Positions 13,295 to 26,210 of a stretch of DNA of 64,000 nt are shown piece after piece (within the stretch, counting starts at the first letter, position 1; the number at the start of each line of letters is the position of its first letter). The stretch spans positions 62,001 to 126,000 of the forward strand of contig NOWV01000189.1 of NCBI GenBank assembly GCA_003344405.1. Direction: 5' to 3'. The stretch comes from Trichoplax sp. H2. Its lineage: Eukaryota. The notes below the pieces were generated by a model. That model worked only from the letters and a program-made list of their open reading frames with translations. It was not told where the DNA came from and did no database searches. A program made the position numbers and the translations under genes.

Positions 13295-15361
13295 AACTCC
13301 ATTGTTTTAGATAAGTTCGTATCGATATCATTCAAGTCACTCCAAAAATGTGACAAAATAAAATTATTATATAAAATTTGTGCTGTAATTGTCAGCAGAT
13401 TAATAGGAATCAAGTATTACGGATGAAAATTGCGTTTAATCAACTATAATTATGTGGCACCTGCCAGTGTAAATTATATTATTGATACTATACGTGTATT
13501 ATCTATAAATGTACGGGTAAGAAACTCTACCATGATTAAAAGAAAGAACTTAGGATCTGCTAATTAATTCGAAATTTGTGACGTTTATAGCTTTGTACGA
13601 TTCATAACGGTAGTTATTTCAGTTAGATCATTTTTGATTTAAGTTATCATCCTTTTTCTAACGCTAATTTGTTGAAAATATTAGATCATATTCGAGGTTA
13701 AACTAATTTACGGTCATGCTTTTAATTATGATAATAATTTCTAATACAACATTGAATTTAAAATATTGGTAACTTTCCAGCTTTGAATTACAAGGATTAG
13801 ATTACAATCCTATTTCAATTTACAAAGGCTTTTAATAACTCAAGATTATTAACGGCTGTAAATCGAACATTGACTTGACCCTTTATTTTGCCAGACTGGT
13901 AACAAATTGATCATCGCAAGTTTAAATTGTTTCCCACATTAATAGATCTGTGATTAGAAACAAGAATATAATAATACATGGCTTAAATATTTACAACATT
14001 ATGCTTGATCATTTAATAAATATTTGTCCATAGTTTCTGTGATAAATAAATCAAGATAAATAATGTATACGTGTACAGTTACAAAAATAGGCTGTAGTTC
14101 AATCCTCGATAATGGCTTAACCCATAACTGGGCAATAAGTAATCAATTTTTTAGTAGACCTTGTGTTACAAATCTAATTTACTAAAGTCTTCCATTATCT
14201 TTTGCATAAGTAAACTATCGCAGCCAGTCCTAATGTTTTAACGCGCGAATCGGGTCGTAGTCTATCCTACGAAATGAGATTTTCGTTAATGATTTTAATA
14301 CGGTTCCCTAATTGGACCGTTATTAATTCATAGGATCTTGTATGGATATCTACTTGTATTCTTGTAGTGTACAAAATCAACAGTACTGTGTAGAGGAGAA
14401 TGGAGATCCTTTGCAATGTTGCATCATCTGATGAAATTTATTACAAAGTCAGAGTTTACTGCATTAAACTCGCATTTGCACTAAGTCATCTATGTTGATA
14501 TAGATCCAATATCCCTACAGCCTACTCAATATAACCTTGCCAGCAGAAGTATGTGGCTTCTGTTTAACTTAGTAGTGTTGTACCTATAAATCGTGACAAG
14601 TAGAGAAATCCTTCTAGGCGAATGTGTATCTGATACAGTATCCATCATACTTTGGCGTGAACCGGTGAACGATCCCTTGACTATCTTAACAATTGCTTCC
14701 TGAAATGAACAAGGTAGACTAAAATAATCATGATTTTACCGACAAACTTTTGGTACATAGGCATATCTGCAAGCTAACTTGCCCTTTGAAAGGAAGAATG
14801 CAGTTGCATTGGCCATTTTATCTCCTCTTAAAGTAGCCAACACATAATGCTATTGGCTTGATTTTAGCAACAATATCACAAAGTTGCCGACAATATGATG
14901 ATAAAATAGCAGCTTGTGATTGTTATATATAGATGCAGTACTATATCTACTTATTAGTATTTACGATATAGAGTACTTAGATTGTGGAATCACTTAAATT
15001 AATAGACTATAATTTCGCTGTATATTCTTATAAATATATATATTTCTACTTAAACGTGTTTTACACACACATTAATCGTACCATATGTAAAGTAATTTGG
15101 GAAATGTATAAATAAATGATTCTGATTAATTAATTAACGATTCTTAATTAAATCTACTACCAATTACCACGAACATAAGAGTAATCCATTTAGATTAGAT
15201 CAAAAATCTCTGTTAACTTAATGAATAGCCCATTCTACATTTAATGAAGAAGAGGGGTAGTTAATATGTCATTTCGCTGGCTTAAGGCCAATTTGATGAG
15301 TTGCTGTCGAAAGTCGATAGAAAGACTGCCGGCTGCTGGCCTTGAAATTGGGATCCACTAC
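13295..15361. repeat. Diverged segmental duplicate (copy A) of the OXLD1 locus 24475-27873, with the coding exons deleted
   Basis: Collinear blocks read by eye: 13295-14265 ~ 24475-25455; 14330-14485 ~ 26448-26602; 14520-14920 ~ 27300-27695; 15181-15361 ~ 27694-27873. Segments equivalent to ~25460-26447 and ~26603-27290 are missing. Confidence 0.88.
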
Positions 15362-15554
15362 TGAATTATATTACTTCAATATCTTAAACTAAATACAGCT
15401 TGGTTCATCAACTGTTGGACGATATCATTAATAGCTGAACCTTCTATAATAAGGCTGTGCTGTAAGTTTAGCATCTAACACGTGCTATACAATGAATGGA
15501 GAGTTTATAAAGCTTGCAACGATTATTATTATCGTATTTGCTCTTTTTCTCTAC

Positions 15555-16135
15555 AAATCAGTGGCATTTCTTATACTCGTACTCTACGCGTGCAACACGT
15601 TCGTGGCATGCTCTTCAACTAAATAAAATGTTAATATGATTATTTGCATTAATTGATATTCTTTATTACTATGCTATATGCACAGCCTTCTTGTTATTAA
15701 TGGCTACTAGCTAACCTCCATCTCATTCCAATAACCCTAAATTCTAGTTTTAAATACTGTACCCAACTTCAAGCAATGGCTATCACGCCATACAAATGCC
15801 TGAATCTACTACAAGACGCTATCGTAGTATTTCACAAATACCAAATACTAACCAAAAGATAGAGAAATTACTATTTGATGCTAGTGTATCCTTTTTTACA
15901 TTACAGTATCTTATACGTAAATCTATTAGCAGCTATTAATTTTAACATTAACATTAACATTATTGACATTACAGATTGACTATATAGAGACAGGGGGTAC
16001 AAGGTGAAGGTACTAATTAATCAATCGACTACGCCGATGTTTAGCAATTTCGCAATGATATTTTGTTAGCATTTATTGAAAATTTTATATAGGACCTATC
16101 AACAGCTTTATGACTGGAGAATTATGTAGATAAAG
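15555..16135. repeat. Diverged duplicate of ~23795-24340
   Basis: Shared anchors: AGTGGCATT-TATACTC-TACTCTACG, GAAATTACTATT-GAT-CTA, GGACC-ATCAACAG and ACTGGAGAATTATGT. Confidence 0.8.
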
Positions 16136-16264
16136 GCATTACTAGACTGTACTATTTTACTCATATTTTAGTTATTGAAATAGGCATCTCTAGAATAATC
16201 CGCAAGCATTATCATGCCTATGCTTTCTTAGCTAAACTATTAGTAGACTCGTAGTATTGCGTTA

Positions 16265-19170
16265 GTTCTCTGTAGTGGTTTAAATTTCCTCATTACAAAT
16301 TTCGATTGTAACAATGTGTGTAACCTTAAAAATCCTTGACGATATCGAATTTCACTTAACTATTAATCTATCTTACAGTTATTCAAATAGAAAGATAAAA
16401 ACCGAATAGAATCTTGTATACTCACGGACAATCTGAAATACTTTTACAGTGTGTAAGTAAACAGTATACTGGAGACTCTTTCCAATATTTTAAATCATCT
16501 AATGAAATTTAATTTATTTCAAATTCAGGATTAACTACATTAATCTCGTTCTAGCAATAAACAATCGACGTGCATATTGATATTTATTCAGTATTCCTAC
16601 AGTCTACTCAACATAACCATATTAGCAGAACTATTTGACACATGTTTAAATAGGAATTATTGATTATACGTGTATAATTATAGTAACTAGTAGTTTAGCC
16701 TGTCGCGTTGCTGACGGATCGTGACTCACAACATTAGTTTATATTACAGTTATTGTACTACAGTATTGCAAATATTAATGTAAATACATGTCATAGAATT
16801 GTAGTATTTTACAGTTTACCCATCGTGCATCGTCACAACCGATGATGATTACGCGCTATGTTACTGTATAGCGGAAGGCCAGCAACCCATTGTCAAAATA
16901 TTTTCTAAGACAGAAATCAAGGGTATAGAACTTGTAATTTCGTTATGATAATTCTTCGATAACGCTATTTTTAGAAGTTATTAATATCCAATCTGTGAGT
17001 CACTAAAGATCATCATCACAACATTTCGAATCTTAATTAACTTTCTGCGCTGATATATCTTTGGAAAAGGTACACATTTCTGAAGGCACAGTACTATACC
17101 GTATGTGTCTCGTTGACATCTTTTTAAATGGAGCTCTTGCAATAGTAGGGAATCGTAATTCACCCAGATTCAATAACCAATGACAATAAATATTATAGCT
17201 TTCTAGCTATTGTTGAAATACTTTATGATCATTAGCTGCTCTCTTGGAGTTTTACATATTATTTCTTAGCTTTAAGGATATATAAATTTCTTCATAACGG
17301 ATATGTGTGTGATATTTTCGGCAATAAGATAGCTGAAGATCCAAAAGGTTGAAGTATACAATAAAGAACCAAGTATTAGAGAAATGTTCTTATTTTTATT
17401 TTAAGAAATGTTGGCAAATATAAGAACAGTGCAGGCTACCTTAGCTTTACGAGGTATATTGCTATAAGTATAGTATTTTGGGTGTGTCCGTATATGTAAT
17501 ATCATGGCTTACATTAAAACATCGCACAAACTCTGTGCCACAGAGTTCATCAGGTGCTTCCAAAAGGTGTTGATGACCGATAGGTACCTCATCCCATACT
17601 AAAATCGATGCTCCTTGAAGTAATCTACCAGATACCTGATATAGTATGATGAAGTTTCGTCTAAAATACGTCATTATTGCGGACTACGGATAGCACGATA
17701 GCAATGAACTTCCAATACCTCACACAGATTTGAGAAATATCTTTAAATACTAATTTTTCCCTGTAATTCTGAGTTGTCATACATAGATTATATAGCTAGC
17801 AAAGCACCGCAGTTACTTTCGTTTCTTTGTAATCATGTCAAAGAAATACCAATTACAAATTTAGAATTTATCATCTTTTCCTTGCTAATTTGGTTATAAG
17901 TCATTCATATTAATACTTAGCTTACTACAGCATACGCGTACTTTAAAATGATTGATTGATAAAATTGCATTTTGGCTTTAATTCCGTCTCTTTTTTAATT
18001 TTCTCTTATACCTATATATAGCTAGCAAAGTACTGTGATATGAAATAAGAGATTCACTTCCGTTTCTTTTTAGATAGTAACAAAATGTCTGCAACTACGT
18101 TATTATGATTTCATTCTATCTCTTCAGTAAATTACTTAATCATTTTTGTAGAAGGTATTAGTTTTAGTTTCTCGATAAAATTTTACTTTCATCATTATTT
18201 TTAGATTTTTTCATTATATGTTCTTACTTTTTAGACTCTATATGACATGTACTCCACAATTTTTGTAGATATTTTTACGGGTTATGCACGTGTATTCCTT
18301 CTTGTCAGCCTTATCGTTTTTTTTTTGATTTTTCATTATATGTTAGTTATTACTCTTTAGATTCAGTATGCCATTTATCCTACCATTTTTATAGACTATA
18401 TTGCGGGTTATGCACGCGTACAACTTCTTGCCAGCGCATTTTTGCCGAGGAACTTTGTATTGTAGATTTACAATATTTATACAGAAACTCTTTATTGTAC
18501 TGTAGATGCTATTTCTTCCTCGACATTTACTCTTTCCTTTACCGTTACTTTATCATTTGAGTAGATGTTACTGCGGATCATCCATACGTGTTCATTCTTG
18601 TTAGCATATATTTTTGTATATTGAAGATGTTATTGTCTTTTTATTCTCTACGACATTTACCCTTCCTTTACCATTTTTTTAGCATTATTACAGATCGCAT
18701 GGTTGCTCATCCCGTTCTTTCAATATAGTATCTTCCTATGCAGGGGTATAAATTCAACAACAATTATAGGGTAGCAAGGGGGTTCTATTGTTAGTACTAG
18801 CGTATGAATTGTGATAACTGTAGAGAAATTCATCTAATTAAATGTATGTCGGATATACACCATAAATACTTGTAATACACAGTAAGGTGAATCGGCGCAC
18901 AATCCCTTGGCAATTTTAATAACTGCTAAATATATACCTATATACTGTTACATATATATCATGAATGAATAAAATAGACTAAAATAACGTAATATTGTCG
19001 ACAACCTTTGGCATACACATATAAGCATATTTACTAGTTAACTTGCCCCTTGCAAGGACTAATACGGTTACATTGGCCATTTTGTCCATGTATATTATTC
19101 TTGGCTTTATGATTGCAATAACACACAATGTTGTTGACAATATGATAATGAAATAGCTAGTAATCCATTT
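16265..19170. repeat. Third, older partial copy (copy C) of the OXLD1 upstream region, interrupted by a Helitron remnant
   Basis: 16265-16420 ~ 26325-26460; 16495-16650 ~ 14425-14570; similarity resumes at ~18800-19170 ~ 14585-14910 / 27365-27700. Confidence 0.7.
16687..18800 (-). mobile_element. Decayed Helitron (rolling-circle transposon) remnant
   Basis: Minus-strand 3' terminus: hairpin CCGTCAGCAACGCGACAGG (16699-16717), then CTAAACTA-CTAG|T ending at 16687. A PIF1-helicase Walker-B-like fragment RLLQGASILVWDEVPIGHQHLLEA lies in ORF 17462-17674. The element occupies the gap in duplicate copy C. The 5' end is approximate (TACTATATTGAAAG near 18730). Confidence 0.75.
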
Positions 19171-19736
19171 TCTAAATAAAATAGCTTAAAAATCTCTAAC
19201 CTAATCTATTAATCTTTCTATCCTTATTAGTAGTCCCTGATTGTATCCATCTGTTCAAAATTTAAGCCAACAACAATTATGTAATAAATGTGTCTCATAA
19301 TAACTATCTTAGTCAAATGTTATTTTCTGAAAGGCTTTTATTACAAGGTTAAAGAATAGTAGAGCAATAATTAATTACTACAAGAATTTAGTCTAAAATC
19401 TAAAGTATTACTAGCTCAAAGCGAAGTGAAATCTTTTCTCCTCTGTGAGCTCATCTCTGCATTTCTTATAAACATTTCGTTAAATATATTTATGACAACT
19501 TGATTAATCTACAATCAGACATGAATTATCAAACAAAATATTTTTTCTCTAATGGTACATTATTATTTTCTGCAATCTAAATCATCCTACTTAAGACGCC
19601 ATGACTCTTCTATTTACGTCTAGGCCCTTTCTCTGAAGGGCATTTTAACAACCACAGGGTTTCTAGCTACATAAATCTTGTAACATAATTAGTCAACTGG
19701 CTACTATTAGTCATCAACAATTTCTAATATGGTAGC

Positions 19737-22728
19737 TCAATGATCACTAGTATCAATCTGAAGACAAAATTTACTACAGAATAAACTAAAATTTGTACTC
19801 GATACTGAGTTATCAGAGACGAGATTAGTAGGGTAAATCATACTTCGGTGATATTCGACTTCTTCGGCGTTTGTTGTATCTTTTTCTACGGTTTCTAGAA
19901 GCTTTAAAGTCTCTGTGATTGCTTTTCCGTGCTTCAAAAATTTGTTTCCATTTATTATTAATAGTTGTCATCATTTTGCGACATACGCAACCTTAACCCA
20001 TGGATAACACCTTCCTTTGTTATAATCCCTTCGCAAGTATCCTCACACATAGTCGGCTTGGAGTCATCGCTAATACAATTTTCCAGCTGCATTTTTTTCA
20101 TCCATTCGCACATTTTCTTGCATATGGTCAGCTTTGAGTTATTGCTAATACAATTTTTCCAACAACTTATTAGAAGTGGTACAAATAACCAGTACCAAAA
20201 GAAACTAACATTTTTATGAATGAGATTGATATAAGGACTACATTTAACCCATAAACAGTAATTTTGGTTAATAATAAGAAAAATAAAATGGATGCAAGGG
20301 ATTAAAATGAGTAGAACTTTAATTACACCTACTACCTTGTTATCATCACCCGTTTGTTGGTTTAGAAATTTCATATTAATTGCCCAACCGTTATCCGTTG
20401 CCTTATATAATTTTTTTTTGTAATTTTCATTTATTCTACTTTCTGATGTCGTTTCATTATAATGATCGCAAACCGCAGATTTTAAATCATTGATTAATTC
20501 ATGATCTAATGTAGCATTGCCTTCTTGATTAATAATTACAATAGTAAAATTTTCGAAACTAAATTTCCCATTGTTGACAATGACTTCAAGCTTAATCTTG
20601 CATCCCATGCCATTTTTGCCGCGCTCTTCTAACTTGTTCGTAACATTATTCCGTAATTTTTCATCGAGATCACAAACAAGCACGTCGTTGTTGTCTGAGC
20701 ATATTTTCTGCAGCGAATTGTCTATGTAGAACAAGATAGAATTAATTTAGAACATAGCCCTGTAGTTAGTCTGGATGATAGCACATCTGATCGTCATAAA
20801 ATACTACTATTTTTAGAAACATAAATCTTTGATGTAAATACACAGCATAATTACATTCCAAAGGTAACGTCTTTTTTCTAAGCATGACTGATACAGCTTT
20901 CTGGAATTGCCTTTCCATTATATTAATGCTTTTATAGCATGCCTTCATTGCATTTTCTTTTGATTGACAAAGATTTTCTAGCTGAAAAATGATCACAGAC
21001 AATGGCAAGGACGATCTACAAGTGGAATATAAAGTGTTTAAATCCAAGTTCTCGAGGCTTAATGTATTTCCTGATCCATAAATTTCATAATATGTAGTCG
21101 TAACTAAAGCCAATACTAGCCAAGAAAACTTAAATATATAATTAATTACACGTAGAAAATTTCTTGCTTTCTTCAAGATTGAGTGGTATGATGATTTTTC
21201 AGTCTTCGTACTCTTTTTTTCAGGCTTACGGTCACCATAAATGCTTGAGCTCAAAATAGTGGTTAAAATTCCTAAATATGCTAGCCCCAAAAATCCTGAA
21301 TATTGTGAGTCCGGTGTGCAGCAATAAATTTCTGTCTTACTTTGCTGGTTAAGAGATCTCACTTTATTGTGATTATTAGGTAGACTTACTAGATTCCCAA
21401 TCAATATAATTAAAATCATTAAACATATGAAGCAGCGTAATACCGAAAAACTTGAGGTAAATAACGCCATAAAAGTAATTTCTTGAGTTTCGGATACTGA
21501 ACAATAACCATTTTTATCCCTATAGTATAATGTAATAATACAAATCATTCATCCTGCATTATTAAATTTCATTCACATATTAATAATTCATATTTCTATA
21601 GAATCACTACGAATTTGCCGATTTTTAATATAGTTTTGATTTAAGGTTTATCTAGGAGAGAAGTATAGTTTATTTCACGTTTCCCGGCAATGGAAGATCG
21701 TTGGTGCATGCACGTTTGGTTGTATTGCAGGTAAATATCTTATGGACAGCCCTAATACTGCATTTGCTACATTTTTCACGGTATGTCTGTAATTTAATGT
21801 TGTTTGGCCTTCGAGAAAGTGATTCAGGTTTTGTGTTGGTAATTGAAGAGTCTACTTTATTGCTGATGTTGTCACATACCCTATTTTACACTACTAGTAA
21901 CTTATGAATAGAACACGTATAGTATGCAATAGAGCATATCTCATCTTAATGTACTAGCCAACCAGACGTTGACACCTGTTAGTTCTATATTGGTATTATA
22001 GTACACTATACTGTATATCGATTTTCCTTTCGACACTTGATGGTTCGCTTTCGTACACTCTTCCTCGTCGCTCTTGTTATCTTGCTCATCAATAAAAACC
22101 TATCTCTTACTGTATCTTGTGTATCAATTTTTTATCAGACCATAAGAAATATTACAGATAGTACACTACATTAGACCCTGATAGCATGAATCACCTTAAC
22201 ATACAATTACGCAGAGATATTACATTACGGTTATATCTACAATATCGATAGCATTTTAATGATACGGTTGCAGAAATGATACCGAACAATTAGTCAATTC
22301 GCTATCAATCTTTTCAACAAACAACACTCTACACTAAACGAGCAAGCTACAGTAATACAAGAAAATTAGACTATTTTGTTCTCTTACCTTGTCGATGAAC
22401 ACTCTTCCTCCAATGGCTTACAAAGTCGACTTTTTTCCTTCACTACTACTAATAAGATCAGTACTGAAAAGAAGAAAGTTAAATAAATAAAAACTATAGT
22501 TTCGGCAGCTTTGCTACCATCAGGATTACTTGGGAACTCTGAAGATAGGTCAGTCGACGAAGATCGTTTAATACGTATATCTGAGGGCTGTTTCTCTCTC
22601 TCCCATGGCCAAATTGTCTTATGGTCAAGATATAGAAGATAGCTTAAGTAACTTCCCGCAAATATATGAAAAATGCATTCAAAGATAAGTAGAACACTAA
22701 AACAGACTAGGCATAGGTTGCACGCCAT
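19737..22728 (-). CDS. Unidentified multi-exon, Cys-rich, multi-pass membrane protein (about 600 aa); 3' end uncertain
   Basis: Exon 1 from ATG 22728 ends AG|GTAAGA and is phase-compatible with the acceptor at ~21520. The 260-aa and 258-aa ORFs can be joined by a 133-nt intron (20722-20854; GTAATT...CTAAC...CATAG). There are several hydrophobic segments but no motif I recognise. Confidence 0.55.
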
Positions 22729-23969
22729 AATTGTAGATTTACTCTAGCGATTTCTAATTTATTGCTTATAGCAAAAGAATTGCAGTGTACAAATTGTTTC
22801 AACCCCGGAAAACTCGAGGGCACGTGTGCAGAGCGATAGCTATGACATTAATCGTCTATTGTATGCGTGTATATTCGTATACTATATCACGACGATACAT
22901 ACATTCTCCATTCGTAGTAGACAATGCATAGCATGCTTGCCTCGATATGCGGAAGTTATAAAGAAATAAATAATCCTGTAAAGTACTTTCGGTCGCATAA
23001 GGTATGGCTTAAAGGTTTAAATTACATTATCTGAATTAATTAAGTTCATAGTGAAAACAATACAAGTAATCTTTTAATGCTCTATTTATCAGTTGAAATT
23101 ACTTGTTGACTTTTCTGCATGACAGTGCAGCTTAAGATCGAATAAGAATAACAAATTGACGATTCATTCACGTAAAGATATAGTCCTGGATTATTATTCA
23201 ATATTTTAAAACCAATTTCGTTACCGATTCATCGCTGTGATATATGCCAATCACGAAATTCCAAAATTTAGAAAAATAAGGGCTTTATTGAATCTTATAC
23301 AAAGATCAACTACACAGTTCTACTGTAGCCGAATACTACTTCTAAAGACTTCTTGAACGAACTAACAGAATAATCTAAAGTTGCATGCTTTTATACTTTC
23401 CGTAGCATTCGCAGCTACAATCCGCATGGCAACCTTTTACCTTATTATACACATAGTTAAATTATTCTTAGTAAGACTATTCTACTGCGGACCATCATTA
23501 ATCCAATATGCATACGACTATAATACTTACGCAGACATTATTCACACCAGCCAAAGTAGAATGAATTAACCATATCCTAATATATGATTTACAGTTCTAT
23601 TTTTACCCATAGCCTTATTAGTAACTCAACAGCTTACTGTATATAGTCATCTGTACTCTAGCATAGAGTCTCTACCACTACAGTCTATAGTTATAGTTAC
23701 CAAATATCTCTTAGGATAAATATCTACCGTACATTATGCTACACATGGCTAACAGTCTACAATCACAATACATTATTTACCTGTGCCTCGACAATAAGTG
23801 GCATTTTTATACTCATACTCTACGTGTGAAGTACATTCGTGGCACGTTCTTTAAGTAAATGGTAGCTTAGCGAGCTTATCTGATTTGGTATTCTTTAATA
23901 TTAAATTACAGTGCTGTACTAACCGAAGGTCTATGGCTATCAAGCCATCCGAATCCACTACAAGTCGAA

Positions 23970-24041
23970 GGACTTCTCGATAAAACATGATTCCTCAAAA
24001 ATAGAAAAATATTAATCTAATCATTTTTTATCGAGAAGTCC
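23970..24041. repeat. 23-bp inverted repeat, MITE-like micro-insertion
   Basis: GGACTTCTCGATAAAACATGATT (23970-23992) pairs with AATCATTTTTTATCGAGAAGTCC (24019-24041), one mismatch. It is absent from the paralogous block at ~15810. TACAA occurs on both sides (23959-23963, 24046-24050). Confidence 0.7.
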
Positions 24042-25588
24042 CTAGTACAACACGCTACCGTAGTGCGCCATAAATACTAAATGCAAACCAAAAGAGAAAT
24101 TACTATTGGATACTACTTTTTTCTTTTTTTACATTACACTCTCTTATATTGTACGTATATACAGTATATTAGCTACTATAAACATTACAGCTTGACTTTA
24201 AACAGACGGACATGCGAGTACATGGAGAAAATACTGATAAATGTTTCGGTTATGCCGGCGTCTAGCAATTTTGTAGCCTTTATTGATATATTTCTATATA
24301 GGACCCATCAACAGTTCCATAACTGGAGAATTATGTCGAAAAAGATAGTAGTACATTCACTTTCTAGTAAATGACTCTTCCCCACACTTGATGTTGATAG
24401 TATCGTTTTTGTTCAGATCAGTACAATAATGTAACGCAGAGTAGATTCGTATTTTATACGTGTACTTGCGTATTAACTCCAATGTTTTAGATAAGTTCGT
24501 ATCCATGTTATTCAAGGTACTCTAAAATGTGATAAAAAATTATTATACAAAATTTGTGCTTTAATAGTCGGTAGATTAATAGGAATCAAGAAATAAGGAT
24601 GAAGTTGCGTCTAATCAAGTATAATTATGTGGCGCCTGTCTGTTAGTGTGGATATATTATTGACGGTATACGCGCATTAATTATCTATAAGTGCTCGTGT
24701 AAGAAACCCTTTAGCATGATTAAAAGAAAAAAACTTCAATCAGGATCTACTAGTTAATTCGAAATTGATGCCGCTAATACTCTTTTACTATTCCTAAAGG
24801 TAATTAATCTTGATATATCATTTTTGATTAAGTTATCATCCTTTCTAACGCCAGTTTGCAAATATTAGATCATACTCATACTTACACTAATTTATGACCA
24901 TGCTTTTAATTATGATAATAATTTCTAATATAATATTTTGATTTCAACGCTGGATTACAAGGTATTTCAATTTACAAAGGCTTCAATAACTCAAGTCAAG
25001 ATTATAAACTGCAGTTAATCGAACATTGACTTTACTCTTATTCGGTAATTCTTTGCTACGACTGAAACAATCTTTAATTTGCAAGCCGGTAATAAATTGA
25101 TTATCGCAAGTTTAAATTGTTTTACATTAATAGATTGATGATTAGAAACAAGAATATAATACATGACTTAAATGTATACAAAAAAGTTACTACATTAGGC
25201 TTAATTTTAATAAATATTTGCCCATAATTTCTGTAATAAATAAATCTAGATAAATAATATACGCGCGTATGGTTACGAAAATCGGCTGTAGTTCAATCCT
25301 CGGTAATGACTTAATCCATAACTGGGCAATAAGTTACAAGTTTTTTAGTAGACCTTGTGTTACAAATCTAATTAACTAAGGTCTTCATTATCTTCTACAT
25401 AAGCAAACTATGGCACTGTTACTAATGTTTTAACAAACGCATTGGGTCGTACTATATCTTTAACTCATTCCTTTGCCAAAATTGCAAATAATTCAAAGTT
25501 TCGATAGAAATAATCCTTAGCAGCTCCAAGATGTTGTTATTACGATGGAACAGATAGAGAGGATTGTATGATTACTTTGGAATTGCTA

Positions 25589-26210
25589 CTAAATTCCAAG
25601 CTCCAGTTTAATCAATGCTTTTATACTTGGATCGTCGATTTTTTCTAGAGCTTGCTTAGCGTGAGATTTATCACCTTTATAATACTCAACTAATTCTTCG
25701 CAATACTTTAACCAAACACAATTAGCACAGCCACTCATACAACAAGTTACCGGCAGTTCGGGCGGTAATTTCTTGTCGATTTGAGCACTATCTACAATTA
25801 TAATTATAATTGAAAATTAATCAGAATCGTTCATTTATCATTTAAATATTTAAAATACTCGTAGTACCAGATTCTTAGTAAAGCGATACTTTTATGATTA
25901 AATCTATTGAAATGACGATATTTACCTTTAAGAACTGTGGTGTATGCTATACTACGATAGCGAAAATGTAGCAGGTAATTTATTCCTGAGAACGTAGCAA
26001 CTTGATTTCCAGAACCCTAGTGGGAAAGAGTTGAGAATATTTTATTAATTTTAGCTTGTAAACTTGCTAATAGCAAATCGAGCATAAATCAGAGCGTAAA
26101 TAAACATATAACTATTATACTTTAATTATTATTGGAAAAGGAAATCAATGTGGAAACAATTCTTATGGGGACACCCGCAGGTGCTCGCTTAATTTTTGAA
26201 GTTGCATCAT
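25589..26210 (-). CDS. OXLD1: Oxidoreductase-like domain-containing protein 1
   Basis: Last exon 25589-25791 encodes LPPELPVTCCMSGCANCVWLKYCEELVEYYKGDKSHAKQALEKIDDPSIKALIKLELGI*, with the CCMSGCxNCVW signature. The upstream exon 25926-26016 is open and phase-matched. The first exon 26175-26210 (MMQLQKLSEHLR) is tentative because its GTGTCC donor is weak. Confidence 0.88.
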
